A stretch of DNA of 64,000 bases from Gammaproteobacteria bacterium (GTDB taxonomy: Bacteria > Pseudomonadota > Gammaproteobacteria > Steroidobacterales > Foliamicaceae). The position numbers and the translations under genes were made by a program. The stretch is taken from positions 287,980 to 351,979 of the forward strand of contig WTGP01000019.1 in assembly GCA_011523505.1 (NCBI GenBank). Reading direction: 5' to 3'. Positions 7,883 through 17,061 of this stretch are shown piece after piece. The notes beneath the pieces were generated by a model that was not told the DNA's origin, ran no database searches, and saw only the letters and a program-made list of their open reading frames with translations. Numbering within the stretch: position 1 is the stretch's first letter; each line of letters begins with the position of its first letter.

Positions 7883-9190
7883 TCAGGTTTTGGCGAGCAG
7901 CTCCAGGGCGGCGGCGGTCATGACGCGGACGCCGGTCTCCAGGGTCTTTTCGTAGGAAGGCAGAAAGAACGGCGAGTGCGTGGCCGGCAGCTTGAGGCCT
8001 CGGGCCTCCGCCCGGGCATGTTGCTCCGGATCCGCGGCGCCCAGCCAGAAATAGAAGCCGGGGATGCTCTCCTCCGTGCGGCCGAACCGGGCGAAGTCCT
8101 CGCCCCCCATGACCGGCTTGCTCTGCTCCACGTTCGCGTCTCCCAGCTCCGCTCGCAGCACGCCGGCCAGGCGGTTGGACAGGTCCGGATCGTTGTAGAG
8201 CGCGGGCGTGTATTCGTTCTTGACGATCACTTCGGGCAGCCGGTCTTCCGGCAGGCCCATCGCCCTGGCCTGCGACCTGGCGATACGGGCGATGCCTTCG
8301 AGCAGCAACGCGCGGTTCTCGTCCGAGTACGAGCGCACGGTCAGTTGCAGGTCGACGCGGTCGGAGATGATGTTGTGCTTGGTGCCTCCGTGTATGGATC
8401 CTACGGTTACCACGCCCTGGTCGATGGGGTTGAGATTGCGGGCCACCAGCGTCTGCAGCGCAGTGACGATGTAGGCGGACAGCACGATGGGATCGTGGGT
8501 CAGGTGCGGTGCGGCGCCGTGACCGCCGGTGCCGTGCACGATGATGTCCACGGAATCGACGTTGGCCATCGCGAATTCCGGCTTGTAACCGGCTTGCCCG
8601 GCGGGCAGGTTGGAGGTGACGTGCAGTCCCAGGTTGTAGTCCGGACGCGGAAAGCGCTTGAACAGTCCGTCCTCGATCATGGCGCGGGCGCCCAGGCCCC
8701 GCTCTTCGGCCGGCTGCGCCACCAACACCACCGTGCCGCTCCAGCTGTCGCGCATGGAGACGAGCTTGCGGGCCACGCCGATCAGGTTCGTAATGTGAAT
8801 GTCGTGCCCGCAGGCATGCATGACCGGAACCGTGCGGCCCTGCTCGTCGATGGTCGTGACCGTGCTGGCGTAGGGCACGCGTGTCAGCTCCTTGACAGGC
8901 AGTCCGTCCATGTCGCCGCGGATCATGACGGTGGGACCTTCGCCGTTGCGCAACACGCCCACCACCCCTGTGCCGCCGACCTCCGACGTGACCTCGTAAC
9001 CGGCGGCTGCGAATTCCTCGGCCATGCGGGCCGCGGTTTCAAACTCGTACAGCGACAATTCGGGGTTGCGATGGAAGTGCAGGTACAGCTCTTCCATGTA
9101 GTCCTGCTCGGCCTGGCTGACGCTGATTTCGGCGCTGGCCATTGAGGCGCACAACGCCAGCAAGGCTGCACCGCTGACAAGAATCCGCAT
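7883..9190 (-). CDS. M20D-family amidohydrolase (aminoacylase/hippurate hydrolase-like), secreted
   Basis: Signal peptide MRILVSGAALLALCASMASAEI. Contains HFHRNPELS, IRGDMDGLPV, MHACGHD and GGEDFA motifs. Confidence 0.85.
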   Translation of the reverse strand: MRILVSGAALLALCASMASAEISVSQAEQDYMEELYLHFHRNPELSLYEFETAARMAEEFAAAGYEVTSEVGGTGVVGVLRNGEGPTVMIRGDMDGLPVKELTRVPYASTVTTIDEQGRTVPVMHACGHDIHITNLIGVARKLVSMRDSWSGTVVLVAQPAEERGLGARAMIEDGLFKRFPRPDYNLGLHVTSNLPAGQAGYKPEFAMANVDSVDIIVHGTGGHGAAPHLTHDPIVLSAYIVTALQTLVARNLNPIDQGVVTVGSIHGGTKHNIISDRVDLQLTVRSYSDENRALLLEGIARIARSQARAMGLPEDRLPEVIVKNEYTPALYNDPDLSNRLAGVLRAELGDANVEQSKPVMGGEDFARFGRTEESIPGFYFWLGAADPEQHARAEARGLKLPATHSPFFLPSYEKTLETGVRVMTAAALELLAKT

Positions 9191-9267
9191 GATGGGGCCG
9201 CTCCTTTGAAAGTTCTTCTATCGCAAGGGGCGAACTTTACACGAGTGAACAGGCGGCGAAGACGGCC

Positions 9268-9885
9268 TCAGGACGGAAGATTCGACAGGTCCTGTGGATC
9301 GTCGATGTCCACCGCGGCGAGGGGCATCGGCACGCTCAGCACGTCGTTTGAGGAAGCCAGAAGCACCTGGGCGCCCCGGTCCCCGGACAGGGATTTCAGC
9401 GCGGCAAAGTGCGAGCGCGGGAAGATGGCGGGAACGCCGGTCTTCCCGGCGTAGCGCGAGGCCACCACGGACCGCGGACTGGCGCGCCACGCCAGTACCA
9501 GCCGCATCAGGTCCCCGGCCTCCAGCAACGGCTGATCGGCAAGGCATACGAGCACTGCACGCGCGCGCCGATCAAGCGAGCGCATGCCACAGGCCAACGA
9601 GCGCCCCATGCCGTCGCGCCAACGCGCATTTCTCACGGTGTTCGTCCGACCCGGCGGCACGCGGCCCCGCTGCAATGCGCGACCAATTGCTTCGGCGCGG
9701 TAGCCCAGCACCACACAAACTGTCTCGGCGCCGGCCTCGTGCGCAAGACGCACGCTGCGCTCCACCAGGGTCTCGCCCCGATAACTAGCCAGCTGCTTCG
9801 GCGAACCGAATCGCCGGGACGCGCCCGCGGCGAGAACGACGGCGCACAGCCCGCGGTGGACGCTGTACCCCGAACACCTATGCAT
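9268..9885 (-). CDS. MobA/MocA-like nucleotidyltransferase (molybdenum cofactor cytidylyl/guanylyltransferase family)
   Basis: [19 protein letters not shown]-terminal NTP-transferase motif and [10 protein letters not shown]. About 200 aa. Confidence 0.7.
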   Translation of the reverse strand: MHRCSGYSVHRGLCAVVLAAGASRRFGSPKQLASYRGETLVERSVRLAHEAGAETVCVVLGYRAEAIGRALQRGRVPPGRTNTVRNARWRDGMGRSLACGMRSLDRRARAVLVCLADQPLLEAGDLMRLVLAWRASPRSVVASRYAGKTGVPAIFPRSHFAALKSLSGDRGAQVLLASSNDVLSVPMPLAAVDIDDPQDLSNLPS

Positions 9886-9931
9886 AATCGCGTCGCACCC
9901 TACTCATTCGCGCCCAAGGACCGGTTGGAAT

Positions 9932-10008
<77 letters not shown>

Positions 10009-10032
10009 GCTGCCGGTTGTTGCCCAGCGTGA

Positions 10033-11094
10033 TTATGCCGGAAGGCGGGCTGCGGGGTCCCGGAAGACCATGTCTTCCGGCTGCCCGGTGGCTTCATTCC
10101 AGGCGACCGTGCGCACGGCGTTGTCGTGAAGCCTGTAGTGCACCGCACTGCGCCCGGTATGCACATCCACGAACTGCCAGCCGGTGGCGTCGCGCTCGAA
10201 GAACGGGCCGGCGCGGTTCATCGGCACGGTCAGCACCGGCAGGTAGTGCTCCGCGTGCGCATAGCTGCCGGGATAGGGCCAGGGCCAGGCGGTGGCCATG
10301 GCCGAAGTGAAGGCGATGTTGCCGATCTGGTTGTACTGGATCTGGTGCACGTGCCCATAAAGCACGGTCACCTTGTCGAACGGAGCGAGTATGGCCTGCA
10401 CCTGCTCGGCGTCATCGGTCCAGAAGTTCCAGGCCTTGAAGATCTTCTGCAGCGGCGAGTGGGAAATCACCACGATGGGCGTGCGCTTGTCCACGCCGGC
10501 CAGGTCGTTCTTCAGCCATTCCCGCTGCTTGTCGCCCACCATGAACGGCGAGCCGTTCGGATTGTCCAGTCCCGCCATCTCGTTCATACGCTGCTCCGCC
10601 GTCTGCCAGCGGTCGAACGTCCACTCATCGTGCGTCACGATGGAGTTGAGCAGCACGAAGTGCACGCCCTTGTGGTCGAAGCTGTAATAGTGCGGGCGCT
10701 TGAAAAGGTCAGACCAGTACTCGCCCAGGTCGAGGTAGTAGTCGTGCTCGCCCAGGATGGGATAAATGTCGTAGTTGAGCGCTGAAAGCAGTTCCGCGCC
10801 GTGGTCCAGCTCCGGCTTCGTCCCGAGCTGGGCCAGGTCGCCACCGTAGATCACGAAGTCCGGCTTCGGGCTCAGTAGATTGGCTTCCGCCACCGCGCGG
10901 ATCAGCCCGCGGTCCCAGTTGCGCACGAACTCGGTCCCTCGGATGTGCTGGATATGCGAGTCGGAAATGAAGGCGAAGCTGAACTCCGCCGACTGCTCGC
11001 TGCTGCCCAGCTTCACGTAAGTGAGCGGCAGCGTGCCGACCGCCGCCATGCTGGCCGCCCGCTGGATGAATTTGCGTCTGTTGCTCTGAATCAT
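10033..11094 (-). CDS. Tat-exported calcineurin-like metallophosphoesterase
   Basis: Tat signal MIQSNRRKFIQRAASMAAVG. Contains ISDSHI, YGGDL, GEHD, ISHSP and GHVH metallophosphoesterase motifs in canonical order. Confidence 0.8.
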   Translation of the reverse strand: MIQSNRRKFIQRAASMAAVGTLPLTYVKLGSSEQSAEFSFAFISDSHIQHIRGTEFVRNWDRGLIRAVAEANLLSPKPDFVIYGGDLAQLGTKPELDHGAELLSALNYDIYPILGEHDYYLDLGEYWSDLFKRPHYYSFDHKGVHFVLLNSIVTHDEWTFDRWQTAEQRMNEMAGLDNPNGSPFMVGDKQREWLKNDLAGVDKRTPIVVISHSPLQKIFKAWNFWTDDAEQVQAILAPFDKVTVLYGHVHQIQYNQIGNIAFTSAMATAWPWPYPGSYAHAEHYLPVLTVPMNRAGPFFERDATGWQFVDVHTGRSAVHYRLHDNAVRTVAWNEATGQPEDMVFRDPAARLPA

Positions 11095-11152
11095 CGCTCT
11101 CTCCTTGCCAGCGCACGATGCACTGCGGCCCGCCCCGAAAACAAGTAAGGCA

Positions 11153-12037
11153 TCATGCCAGTTCGCTGCACGACGAACCGTAGGCGAAGCAGCTGTAGCA
11201 GCGGTGGTGGCGGAGCATGACGCGTTTCCCGAGGCTTTCCGCGAGGCTGCCGCCGAGGTCGAAGGACTCGTCGTCGTCCACCAGCGTGCAGGCGTAGACG
11301 CGCATGCGTCCCTGTTTCTTGACCACCATTTTCGAGAAATGGCACATGAACGAGCGGCGCGACTCCTCGTCGTGATGCGTGGTCATGCAGTTTTCCGTGA
11401 TCCGCCGCACCTCGGGGTTCGATCCGGGCGGCAGGAAATCCGGAAAAGACACGATGCGCGTGTCCGCGGGCAGGCCGTGCTCGGCGAACAGCTCGCGAAA
11501 CGCCCCGTCCACCGCCGCGCCGTCCTCGCCGGCATCGGACTGCCGGGCCAGCGAAACGGCAAAGCCCCGCGCGTGCAACTCCGCGAGGCTCTGCCAGGAT
11601 TTCGCGAAGTTCCCCCTGCCACGCGCCGCGTCGTGCCGCGCCGCGTCCGCATAGTCGATGCTGATCCGGAAGCTGACCGGATAGGGCCGGGCGGCCAGCG
11701 ATTCGATCTCGCCCAGGCGCCGGATCATCGGATCGGTGCCGTTGGTCAGCACCAGGCACGGCCCCAGGTTCGAGGCATAACGCAGTATCCGGATGAAATC
11801 CTTGACGATGAAGGGTTCGCCGCCGGTAAACGAGTATTGGCGGACGCCCAGCGATGCGGCCTCGTCAAGCAGCGGCTTCGCGTCCGCCAGCGTGATTCGC
11901 TGAATGCGGTCGTCGCCCGGCCGGGAGCCTTCCAGACAGAACGGGCAGGCAAGATTGCAGGCCGTCCCGGTGTGAAACCAAAGCTCGCGCAGGGCGCCGG
12001 GCTGGATGTAGCCGCGCGGTTCCGTCGCTTCAGTCAT
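11153..12037 (-). CDS. radical SAM protein with ArsS-like C-terminal Cys-rich tail
   Basis: CNLACPFC (CxxxCxxC) near the N-terminus, FTGGEPF, and a C-terminal RHHRCYSCFAYGSSCSELA resembling the HCxxCxAxxGSSC end of the radical-SAM/Cys-rich (ArsS-type) family. The start codon shares 1 nt with the stop of the upstream reductase gene. Confidence 0.8.
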   Translation of the reverse strand: MTEATEPRGYIQPGALRELWFHTGTACNLACPFCLEGSRPGDDRIQRITLADAKPLLDEAASLGVRQYSFTGGEPFIVKDFIRILRYASNLGPCLVLTNGTDPMIRRLGEIESLAARPYPVSFRISIDYADAARHDAARGRGNFAKSWQSLAELHARGFAVSLARQSDAGEDGAAVDGAFRELFAEHGLPADTRIVSFPDFLPPGSNPEVRRITENCMTTHHDEESRRSFMCHFSKMVVKKQGRMRVYACTLVDDDESFDLGGSLAESLGKRVMLRHHRCYSCFAYGSSCSELA

Positions 12038-13515
12038 TATCTAAACCAGGCCTTTAGCAGGCCCGCCGCGCGCGGCGTCAGCCGGGTGCGCGCGTGCTGG
12101 TCGGCCAGCCGGCGCAGGTATTCGGCGCGGGTGGGATAGGGAAGCACGGCCTTGCCCGCGGCGCCAAGGCCCAGGCCGTTGGCCATGGCCATGCATAGCG
12201 GCGCGATCTGTTCTCCGGCGTCATGTCCCACGATGGTAGCCCCCAGGATCCTGTCGCTGCCCCCGGCGGTCAACAACTCGACGAAGCCGTCGCGTTCGCC
12301 CGCGCTCCTGGCCCGGTCAAGCTCCCCGAAATTCAAGCGGTAGCAGTCGAAGGCGACGCCTTCCTCGGCAAGCTGCGCCTGTGTTCGTCCGACCTGGGCC
12401 ACTTCCGGGTCCGTGTAGGTGCACTGCGGGACCACCAGTGAACGGGTGCTGGCGGTGGGCGCAAACAGCGCGTTGCGCACGACGATGCGCGCCTGGGCGT
12501 CGGCGTTGTGCGTGAACGGCAGCGCGGAGCAGACATCGCCTACCGCGTAGATTCTCCTGTTCGTCGTGCGCAGCTTGTCGTCCACGGCGATCCGTCCTTC
12601 GCGCAACGAGACGCCCGCCCCCGAGAGGTTCAAACCCTCGACGTTGGCGCGGCGCCCCGCCGCGACGAGCAGGCGATCGGCCGTGACCGAAGCGCCGGGG
12701 GCATGAACCGTCGGCCGGCCGCCCTGCGAACTGACCCGGGTCACCTTCGAGTCCAGGTGCAGCCTCACCCCGTCGGACTCGAGCGCGACCGCCACCGCGT
12801 CGCTGGCCGCAGCAATCGCACCGGGCAGCACATGCCCGGCCATCTCGAAGAGGTGCACCTCGACACCGAGCCGGGCCATTCCCTGCGCCAGTTCGCAACC
12901 GACCGGGCCGGCGCCGAGGACCGCCAGACGCCCGGGGCGCTCGACCAGGTCGAAGAACGACCCGTTGGTGAGCGCATCGCAATCCTCCAATCCCGGAATC
13001 GGCGGCAATTCGGCGCGCGCGCCGGTCGCGATCAGGAAGCGCCGTGCGGCCAGACGCTGACCGCCCACCTCAACGCAGTTGCGGCCGGCGAACCGGGCCG
13101 GACCGAAAAAAACGTCCACGCCACTTTGTACATAGCGTTCCACCGAATCATGCGCCGCGATCTCCGAGCGAACCTGCCGGAGCCAGGCGAAGGCTTCGTC
13201 GAAGCCGGCGTTCGGATTGCGCCGCGTGAATTCAAGAAGAGATTTGGAAGGCACGCATCCGACATTCAGACAATCCCCGCCCATGGCCTGCCTTTCGACC
13301 AGTGCGACACGGGCACCGAGGCCTGCCGCCGCCATCGATGCGACCAGGCCGGCGGGTCCCGCCCCGATCACGACCAGGTGATACTTCCGGCGGGGCTCCG
13401 GGTTGCGGTAGTTCCCGGGAAACACCCGTTCCCGCCAGCGGCGGTCATGGTCGTCACCCGGGTAGCGTTTGTGCCTGCCGTCTCGCCTCAAGCTCGGTAC
13501 CGTCCGCCGGCGCAT
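12037..13515 (-). CDS. pyridine nucleotide-disulfide (FAD) oxidoreductase, mercuric-reductase/dihydrolipoamide-dehydrogenase-like
   Basis: Internal Met of track ORF 12037..13674. YHLVVIGAGPAGL (FAD), redox-active GGDCLNVGCVPSK, a second LAVLGAGPVGCELA (NAD) motif, and a C-terminal dimerisation region with ..ATIVGHDAGE. Confidence 0.85.
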   Translation of the reverse strand: MRRRTVPSLRRDGRHKRYPGDDHDRRWRERVFPGNYRNPEPRRKYHLVVIGAGPAGLVASMAAAGLGARVALVERQAMGGDCLNVGCVPSKSLLEFTRRNPNAGFDEAFAWLRQVRSEIAAHDSVERYVQSGVDVFFGPARFAGRNCVEVGGQRLAARRFLIATGARAELPPIPGLEDCDALTNGSFFDLVERPGRLAVLGAGPVGCELAQGMARLGVEVHLFEMAGHVLPGAIAAASDAVAVALESDGVRLHLDSKVTRVSSQGGRPTVHAPGASVTADRLLVAAGRRANVEGLNLSGAGVSLREGRIAVDDKLRTTNRRIYAVGDVCSALPFTHNADAQARIVVRNALFAPTASTRSLVVPQCTYTDPEVAQVGRTQAQLAEEGVAFDCYRLNFGELDRARSAGERDGFVELLTAGGSDRILGATIVGHDAGEQIAPLCMAMANGLGLGAAGKAVLPYPTRAEYLRRLADQHARTRLTPRAAGLLKAWFR

Positions 13516-13602
13516 TTCAATTGGTGCCGGCCATCCTACATTGAGTATCCGTGCCGGCCCGGCCGAGTGGATTCCGTGTGGGAAACCGGGGTCGAATTGG
13601 CT

Positions 13603-14442
13603 ATGCTGGAGTCCATGCTTTTTTCGGGCGGGAGGCGGAATGGGGCGGTGCGACCGCTGGGCAGGACCCTGCACGCCCTCGCGATCGGCGCGGTGCTGGG
13701 TGCGGGGAGTATGCCGGCACCCGCCCAGCCGGAGCCTTCAACCCTGGTATTCGCCGCGGCCAGCACGATGGCTCCCCTGAATGACCTCGCGCAATCATTT
13801 GAACGGAAACAGGGGCGGCCTGTCCGGTTCTCTTTTGCCGCCTCTTCGACGCTGGCCCGGCAGGTCATGCACGGCGCGCGCGCGGACCTGTTCCTTTCGG
13901 CCAACCGGCAGTGGCTGGATCGTCTTGAGCGGGACGGTTTCCTGGCGGCGGGCTCGCGGCGTGAATTGACCGGCAACCGGCTCGCCCTGATCCGGTCGGC
14001 GGACGGTGGTGCGGACGTGATCCTGAACCGCCCCGCAACGCTGCTGGGAGCGCTTGCGGACTTTCCGCTGGTGCTGCCGGACCCGTCGCACGTGCCGGCG
14101 GGCATATACGCGCGCGAGGCCCTCGAACACCTCGACCTGTGGGAACCTCTCCAGGGACGGCTGGCATTCGCCGCCAATGCGCGCGCCGTGACGGTGCGCG
14201 TGGCGCGCGGCGAGGCGCCGCTCGGCATCACCTATGCCAGCGAACTGCGCGCCGAGACGAACCTGGACGCGGCTGCATTGCTCCCTGCGGAAAGCCATTC
14301 GCCGATCCGCTACGAACTGGCCCTGATCGAGCCGGCCGACAACCCGTCGGCGCGGGCCTTCTACGAATACCTGCTCAGCGGCGAAGCGCAGCAGATTTTC
14401 ATGAAGCACGGCTTCACCCCTGGGAGCAAGGGGAAGCGATGA
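13603..14442 (+). CDS. modA: molybdate ABC transporter substrate-binding protein
   Basis: Internal ATG of track ORF 12508..14442. Has a signal-like N-terminus. LVFAAASTMAPL, FSFAASSTLARQ and DLFLSAN are ModA motifs. Followed by modB and modC. Confidence 0.9.
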   Translation: MLESMLFSGGRRNGAVRPLGRTLHALAIGAVLGAGSMPAPAQPEPSTLVFAAASTMAPLNDLAQSFERKQGRPVRFSFAASSTLARQVMHGARADLFLSANRQWLDRLERDGFLAAGSRRELTGNRLALIRSADGGADVILNRPATLLGALADFPLVLPDPSHVPAGIYAREALEHLDLWEPLQGRLAFAANARAVTVRVARGEAPLGITYASELRAETNLDAAALLPAESHSPIRYELALIEPADNPSARAFYEYLLSGEAQQIFMKHGFTPGSKGKR

Positions 14443-15116
14443 CGCCCGTCTGGGAAATCGCGGCGCTGTCGCTCAAGGTTTCGCTGTGGGCGGTGGCCTG
14501 TTCGCTTCCGGTGGGGATCGCCTGCGCCTGGGTGCTGGCGCGCTGCCGCTTTCCGGGAAAGATCCTCCTGGACGGCCTCGTGCACCTGCCGCTGGTCACG
14601 CCGCCGGTGGTGGTGGGCTATCTGCTGCTGATCGTGCTGGGACGAAACGGCTGGCTGGGGCGGCTGTTCCACGACTGGTTCGGCGTCACTTTCACGTTTA
14701 CCTGGAAGGGCGCTGCCGTGGCCGCGGCGGTCATGGCCTTCCCGCTCATGGTCCGGGCCATCCGCCTCGGGATCGAGTCGGTGGACCGGCGCCTGGAAGA
14801 AGCCGCCCGAACACTGGGCGCGACCCCCACGCGCTCGCTGTTTACCGTCACCCTGCCGCTGGCGGCGCCGGGCCTGCTCACCGGGGCGCTGTTGGCCTTC
14901 GCGCGCTGCCTGGGCGAATTCGGCGCCACGATCACCTTCGTGTCCAACGTCCCCGGGCAGACCCGGACGCTGCCGCTGGCGATCTACACGCTGCTGCAGA
15001 CGCCCGAAGGCGAGACGGCCGCCGCCTGGCTGGCCGGCGTATCGCTGGCGCTGGCCATCGTGGCGCTGGCGGCGTCGGAGCTGGCCGCGCGCGCGGTGCG
15101 CAGGCGCCTGAACTGA
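14439..15116 (+). CDS. modB: molybdate ABC transporter permease
   Basis: ATGA overlap with modA. EAARTLGATPTRSLFTVTLPLA is the EAA loop of ModB-type permeases. Multiple TM segments. Confidence 0.9.
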   Translation: MTPVWEIAALSLKVSLWAVACSLPVGIACAWVLARCRFPGKILLDGLVHLPLVTPPVVVGYLLLIVLGRNGWLGRLFHDWFGVTFTFTWKGAAVAAAVMAFPLMVRAIRLGIESVDRRLEEAARTLGATPTRSLFTVTLPLAAPGLLTGALLAFARCLGEFGATITFVSNVPGQTRTLPLAIYTLLQTPEGETAAAWLAGVSLALAIVALAASELAARAVRRRLN

Positions 15117-15129
15117 CCGCACGCGCGCC

Positions 15130-16206
15130 ATGTTGAAGATCGACGCACGCAAGAGACTGGCCGAATTCGAGTGGCAGGGCCGGCTCGAGATCCGACCCGG
15201 CGTTACCGCCCTGTTCGGCCAGTCCGGCGCGGGCAAGACTTCGCTGGTAAAGATGGTCGCCGGCCTGCTCGCGCCGGACGAAGGCGAGATCGCGATCGGC
15301 GGGACCTGCGTGTTCGCGAGCCGCGAGGGCCTGAACCTGCCTCCCGAGCGGCGCCCGGTGGGCGTCGTCTTTCAGGACGGACGGCTGTTTCCGCACCTGA
15401 GCGTGCGCGGCAACCTCCAGTACGGCCGCCCCCGCGGATCGCGGTCCGCTCCGGCCCTCGAGGAAGTCGTCGAACTGCTGGAACTCGAAGCGCTGCTCGG
15501 GCGGCGGCCCATGAGCCTTTCCGGAGGCGAACAGCAACGCGTGGCCATCGGACGGGCGTTGCTTACGGCGCCGGACGTGCTGCTGCTGGACGAGCCGCTT
15601 GCCGGGCTGGACGGAGAGCGTCGCGGGGAAGTGCTGGGTTTCCTCGAGCGGCTCAAGCGGGACAGCGACCGGATCATCGTCTACGTGACGCACCGCCTGG
15701 AGGAGGTGGTGCGGCTGGCCGACCGCCTGGTCCTGATCGATCGTGGCGAGGTCCGGTCGGCCGGGGGGCTTCAGGACCTGCTGGGGCGCCCGGAATTGCA
15801 GGCGGTCATCGGCCAGCGGACGGCGGGAGCGCTGCTCCGTTGCCGGATTGAGCAAATCGACGACGGCGACGGCTTGAGCCGACTGTCGTGTTCCGGGCAC
15901 ACCCTTTTTCTGCCGCGGCTGGACCTGCAGGCCGGGAGCGAGGGGGCGGACATCGTGCTGCAGGTCCGGGCCGGCGACGTTTCGCTGTCCCTGGAACCGC
16001 CGCGCCGAAGCAGCGTGCTGAACGTGATGAGCGGCACGGTCGAACGCGTCGTGCAGGAAGACGGCGCGCTTGCCAACGTGGTTGTCAACGTGGGCCAGAC
16101 ATTGTGGGCGCGCGTCACCCGGCGCTCGGTGCGGGAACTCGGCCTGTCGCCCGGCGCGGAGGTCTACGCCACGATCAAGGCCGCTTCGCTGTACTCCGCA
16201 GACTGA
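15130..16206 (+). CDS. modC: molybdate ABC transporter ATP-binding protein with C-terminal TOBE domain
   Basis: Walker A GQSGAGKTS, signature LSGGEQQRVAIGRAL, Walker B LLLDEP, plus a roughly 120-aa C-terminal extension typical of ModC. Confidence 0.9.
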   Translation: MLKIDARKRLAEFEWQGRLEIRPGVTALFGQSGAGKTSLVKMVAGLLAPDEGEIAIGGTCVFASREGLNLPPERRPVGVVFQDGRLFPHLSVRGNLQYGRPRGSRSAPALEEVVELLELEALLGRRPMSLSGGEQQRVAIGRALLTAPDVLLLDEPLAGLDGERRGEVLGFLERLKRDSDRIIVYVTHRLEEVVRLADRLVLIDRGEVRSAGGLQDLLGRPELQAVIGQRTAGALLRCRIEQIDDGDGLSRLSCSGHTLFLPRLDLQAGSEGADIVLQVRAGDVSLSLEPPRRSSVLNVMSGTVERVVQEDGALANVVVNVGQTLWARVTRRSVRELGLSPGAEVYATIKAASLYSAD

Positions 16207-17020
16207 TCTCTTCCAATGGAACCTCCGTCGGTTCCCCGCGGCCCTTCGGCGGAGCGACCCAAGCCTGGCCGTAAACCACCTCAATGCTGACGGCGACCAT
16301 GCCGTCGGTGCCGCGTTGCGCCGCAAAGGCCTCCTCCACGGCCTGGCGACGACGACGCCCGGCCAGGCCCCGGGACCCGTGCATCATCGCCAGGCCGGCC
16401 CCGCAACGGCGCAGGTCGCCTTCCAGCGTCGCGTAGTCCGCGTACGGCACCGGAAACCGCTCGGCGCTCATGACCGGGTCGGCAAATCCGGCCCGCACAA
16501 GCGCGTCGCCCAGATGGTGCATGTCCACCAGCGTCTCCGGGTCGTCCTCCAGGCCTGCGCTGCTGCGCGCGCGGCGCAGTTCCCTGAGCGTGTCCGGCCC
16601 GAACATGGAAAAGAAGACCAGGCCGGGCGAATCCAGCACCCGGCGAAACTCGGCGAGCGCGGCGCCTATGGCCGGGCACCAGTGCAGGGCCAGGTTCGAG
16701 AACAGCAGTTGCGCGCAGCCGTCGGCCAGCGGCATCTTCTGCATGTCCCCGCAAATCCGCTCCCCGGTCCCGGCGCGCAGCATGCCGAGCGAGCTGTCCA
16801 GCGACAGCACCCGGGCCTCGGAAAAGCGCCGGAGCAATTCGTCCCGCGCACCCCCGGGTCCGGCGCCGGCATCGATGATGCAGGCGGGCTCGATGCGCAC
16901 CCAGTCAAGTTGCTCCAGCATGCGACGGCGTATCTCCGCGTGCAGGAAATCATGCTCTGCAAAGCCCGCCGCGGCGCGGTCAAAGGCGCGCCGGACACGT
17001 TGCGGTTGCGGGCGGGCCAT
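16175..17020 (-). CDS. bioC: class I SAM-dependent methyltransferase, BioC (malonyl-ACP O-methyltransferase)-like
   Basis: RRAFDRAAAGFAEHDFLHAEIRRRMLEQLD, IIDAGAGPG and LLFSNLALHW match the BioC pattern. The 3' end overlaps modC convergently by 32 nt. Confidence 0.7.
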   Translation of the reverse strand: MARPQPQRVRRAFDRAAAGFAEHDFLHAEIRRRMLEQLDWVRIEPACIIDAGAGPGGARDELLRRFSEARVLSLDSSLGMLRAGTGERICGDMQKMPLADGCAQLLFSNLALHWCPAIGAALAEFRRVLDSPGLVFFSMFGPDTLRELRRARSSAGLEDDPETLVDMHHLGDALVRAGFADPVMSAERFPVPYADYATLEGDLRRCGAGLAMMHGSRGLAGRRRRQAVEEAFAAQRGTDGMVAVSIEVVYGQAWVAPPKGRGEPTEVPLEEISLRSTAKRP

Positions 17021-17061
17021 CGATCGCCCGCTACACCCGGCGGACCGCCGCGGCGGTTAAC

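Noticed and set aside
9206-9547. Small ORFs 9206..9454 (+) and 9218..9547 (-) near the mocA-like gene
   Set aside because: They overlap the better-supported MobA/MocA-like CDS in other frames and have Arg/Pro-rich composition.
13516-13602. Possible molybdenum-cofactor riboswitch upstream of modA (and in 1684..1736 next to moaD)
   Set aside because: The intergenic regions are only ~50-90 nt, too short for the ~130-nt Moco RNA motif, and I saw no matching conserved helices.
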